From assembly GCA_021828045.1 (NCBI GenBank), contig JAKATI010000004.1:1-45308 (forward strand): a DNA stretch of 45,308 nt, given 5' to 3'. The notes under the pieces were generated by a model that saw only the letters and a program-made list of their open reading frames with translations, ran no database searches and was not told where the DNA came from. Position numbers and translations under genes: made by a program. The DNA comes from Pseudomonadota bacterium (GTDB taxonomy: Bacteria > Pseudomonadota > Gammaproteobacteria > JAKAQQ01). Of this stretch, positions 44,373-45,308 are shown one piece after another (the first letter of the stretch is position 1; every line of letters starts with the position of its first letter).

Positions 44373-45308
44373 ATAAAAACAACAAGTTATAAAAGTAAAT
44401 CCTTAGGATTTGAAGTAAAAAACCATCTATGCCATACTATTGCCATAGTTTGAGGAGATTTCCCATGGCCACATTGAGGAAACGGAAGGGTCCGAATGGA
44501 CGGAATGTCTGGCAGGTCCAGATCGTGCGGAGGGGATTCCCTCCCCAGTACCGGACCTTCAACACCCGGGACCAGGCCGAGAGCTGGGCCCGGGTCACAG
44601 AAGCCCAGATGGACCAGGGGCTCTGGCATGACCGGAGCGAGGGGGACCGGACCCTGCTCCGGGAGGCCCTGGTCCGTTATGAGCAGGAAATTACCCCCCG
44701 GAAAGCCTCCCAGCAGCCGGAACGGAGCCGGATCCGGATGGTCAGCGGGAGTTTTCTCGGGGACCTGGCCTTGAGCCGGATCACGGGAAGGGATGTGGCG
44801 GACTACATCCGGGACCGGCAGGCCGGGGGGGCGAGCGCCCATACCGTCCGGCTCGATCTCAGTCTTCTTTCCCACCTCTATTCGGTGGCCCGGAGTGCCT
44901 GGGGGATGGAGTATCTGGTGAACCCGGTACCCCTGGCCAAGCTCGCTCGTCCCAAGATCCCGAGGGGACGGGAACGGAGACTCCTCGAGGGGGAGGAGGA
45001 GAAGCTCTTGAGGGCAGCCTCTCCTGCCTTTGGGGCGGTGATCCGGTGGGCTCTTGCCACGGCCATGCGGCGGGGGGAGATCGCGAACCTCAGGTGGGAA
45101 CATGTGGACCGGCCCCGCCGGTCCGTCCTTCTCCCCGAGACCAAGAACGGGGAGACCCGCTCGGTCCCCCTGTCCCCGGCCGCTCTCGCGGTCCTGGAGA
45201 GCATTCCGAGGAGGCTCGATGGGTCGGTCTTTGGCCTTTCACCCAATGCGATCGAGCTGGCCTGGAGGCGAACCGTGACCCGGGCCGGGATCACGGGACT
45301 CCGCTTCC
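44370..45308 (+). mobile_element. Left end of an integrative element (genomic island or prophage)
   Basis: tRNA 3' end, AT-rich spacer, TGCCATA direct repeats, then an integrase. Confidence 0.75.
44465..45308 (+). CDS. Tyrosine recombinase/integrase (Rci/HP1-like), truncated by the window end
   Basis: MATLRKR...WQVQI, TAMRRGEI (catalytic R), TKNG (K), ends GLRF just before the HxxR motif; GAGGAG RBS; not in the ORF track. Confidence 0.92.
   Translation, partial: MATLRKRKGPNGRNVWQVQIVRRGFPPQYRTFNTRDQAESWARVTEAQMDQGLWHDRSEGDRTLLREALVRYEQEITPRKASQQPERSRIRMVSGSFLGDLALSRITGRDVADYIRDRQAGGASAHTVRLDLSLLSHLYSVARSAWGMEYLVNPVPLAKLARPKIPRGRERRLLEGEEEKLLRAASPAFGAVIRWALATAMRRGEIANLRWEHVDRPRRSVLLPETKNGETRSVPLSPAALAVLESIPRRLDGSVFGLSPNAIELAWRRTVTRAGITGLRF

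Noticed and set aside
44387-45103. 238-aa minus-strand ORF
   Set aside because: Antisense to the integrase

Overview
GC-rich chromosomal segment of a gammaproteobacterium-like organism; the lineage is inferred from gene order (algZ-algR-hemCDXY, divergent speA/speE, P-II next to ubiK, ybbP-ybbA/tesA, and tRNA-Tyr-Gly-Thr-tuf). Most of the window is housekeeping: haem, polyamine and quinone synthesis, RNA modification, fatty-acid and organic-acid catabolism, and six tRNA genes. The standout is a compact candidate iron-oxidation / extracellular electron transfer module at about 15.2-19.6 kb. It comprises a dihaem cytochrome c4 resembling Acidithiobacillus Cyc1, followed by a Cyc2-type cytochrome-porin fusion. 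A perfectly palindromic FNR-type box sits at class II activator spacing upstream, and a divergent chimeric membrane-anchored cytochrome c lies nearby. The operon appears cut off downstream by decayed IS5 and ISL3 remnants, followed by an orphan TIGR03032-like gene. Other oddities are a miniature TonB-dependent-receptor-like protein, several structured intergenic regions, a fused E1 dehydrogenase coupled to a glutaryl-CoA dehydrogenase-like gene, and the left end of an integrative element (tyrosine integrase) at a tRNA-Ile2(CAU) gene that ends TCA instead of CCA. All family assignments come from motif recognition by eye; no database searches were run.
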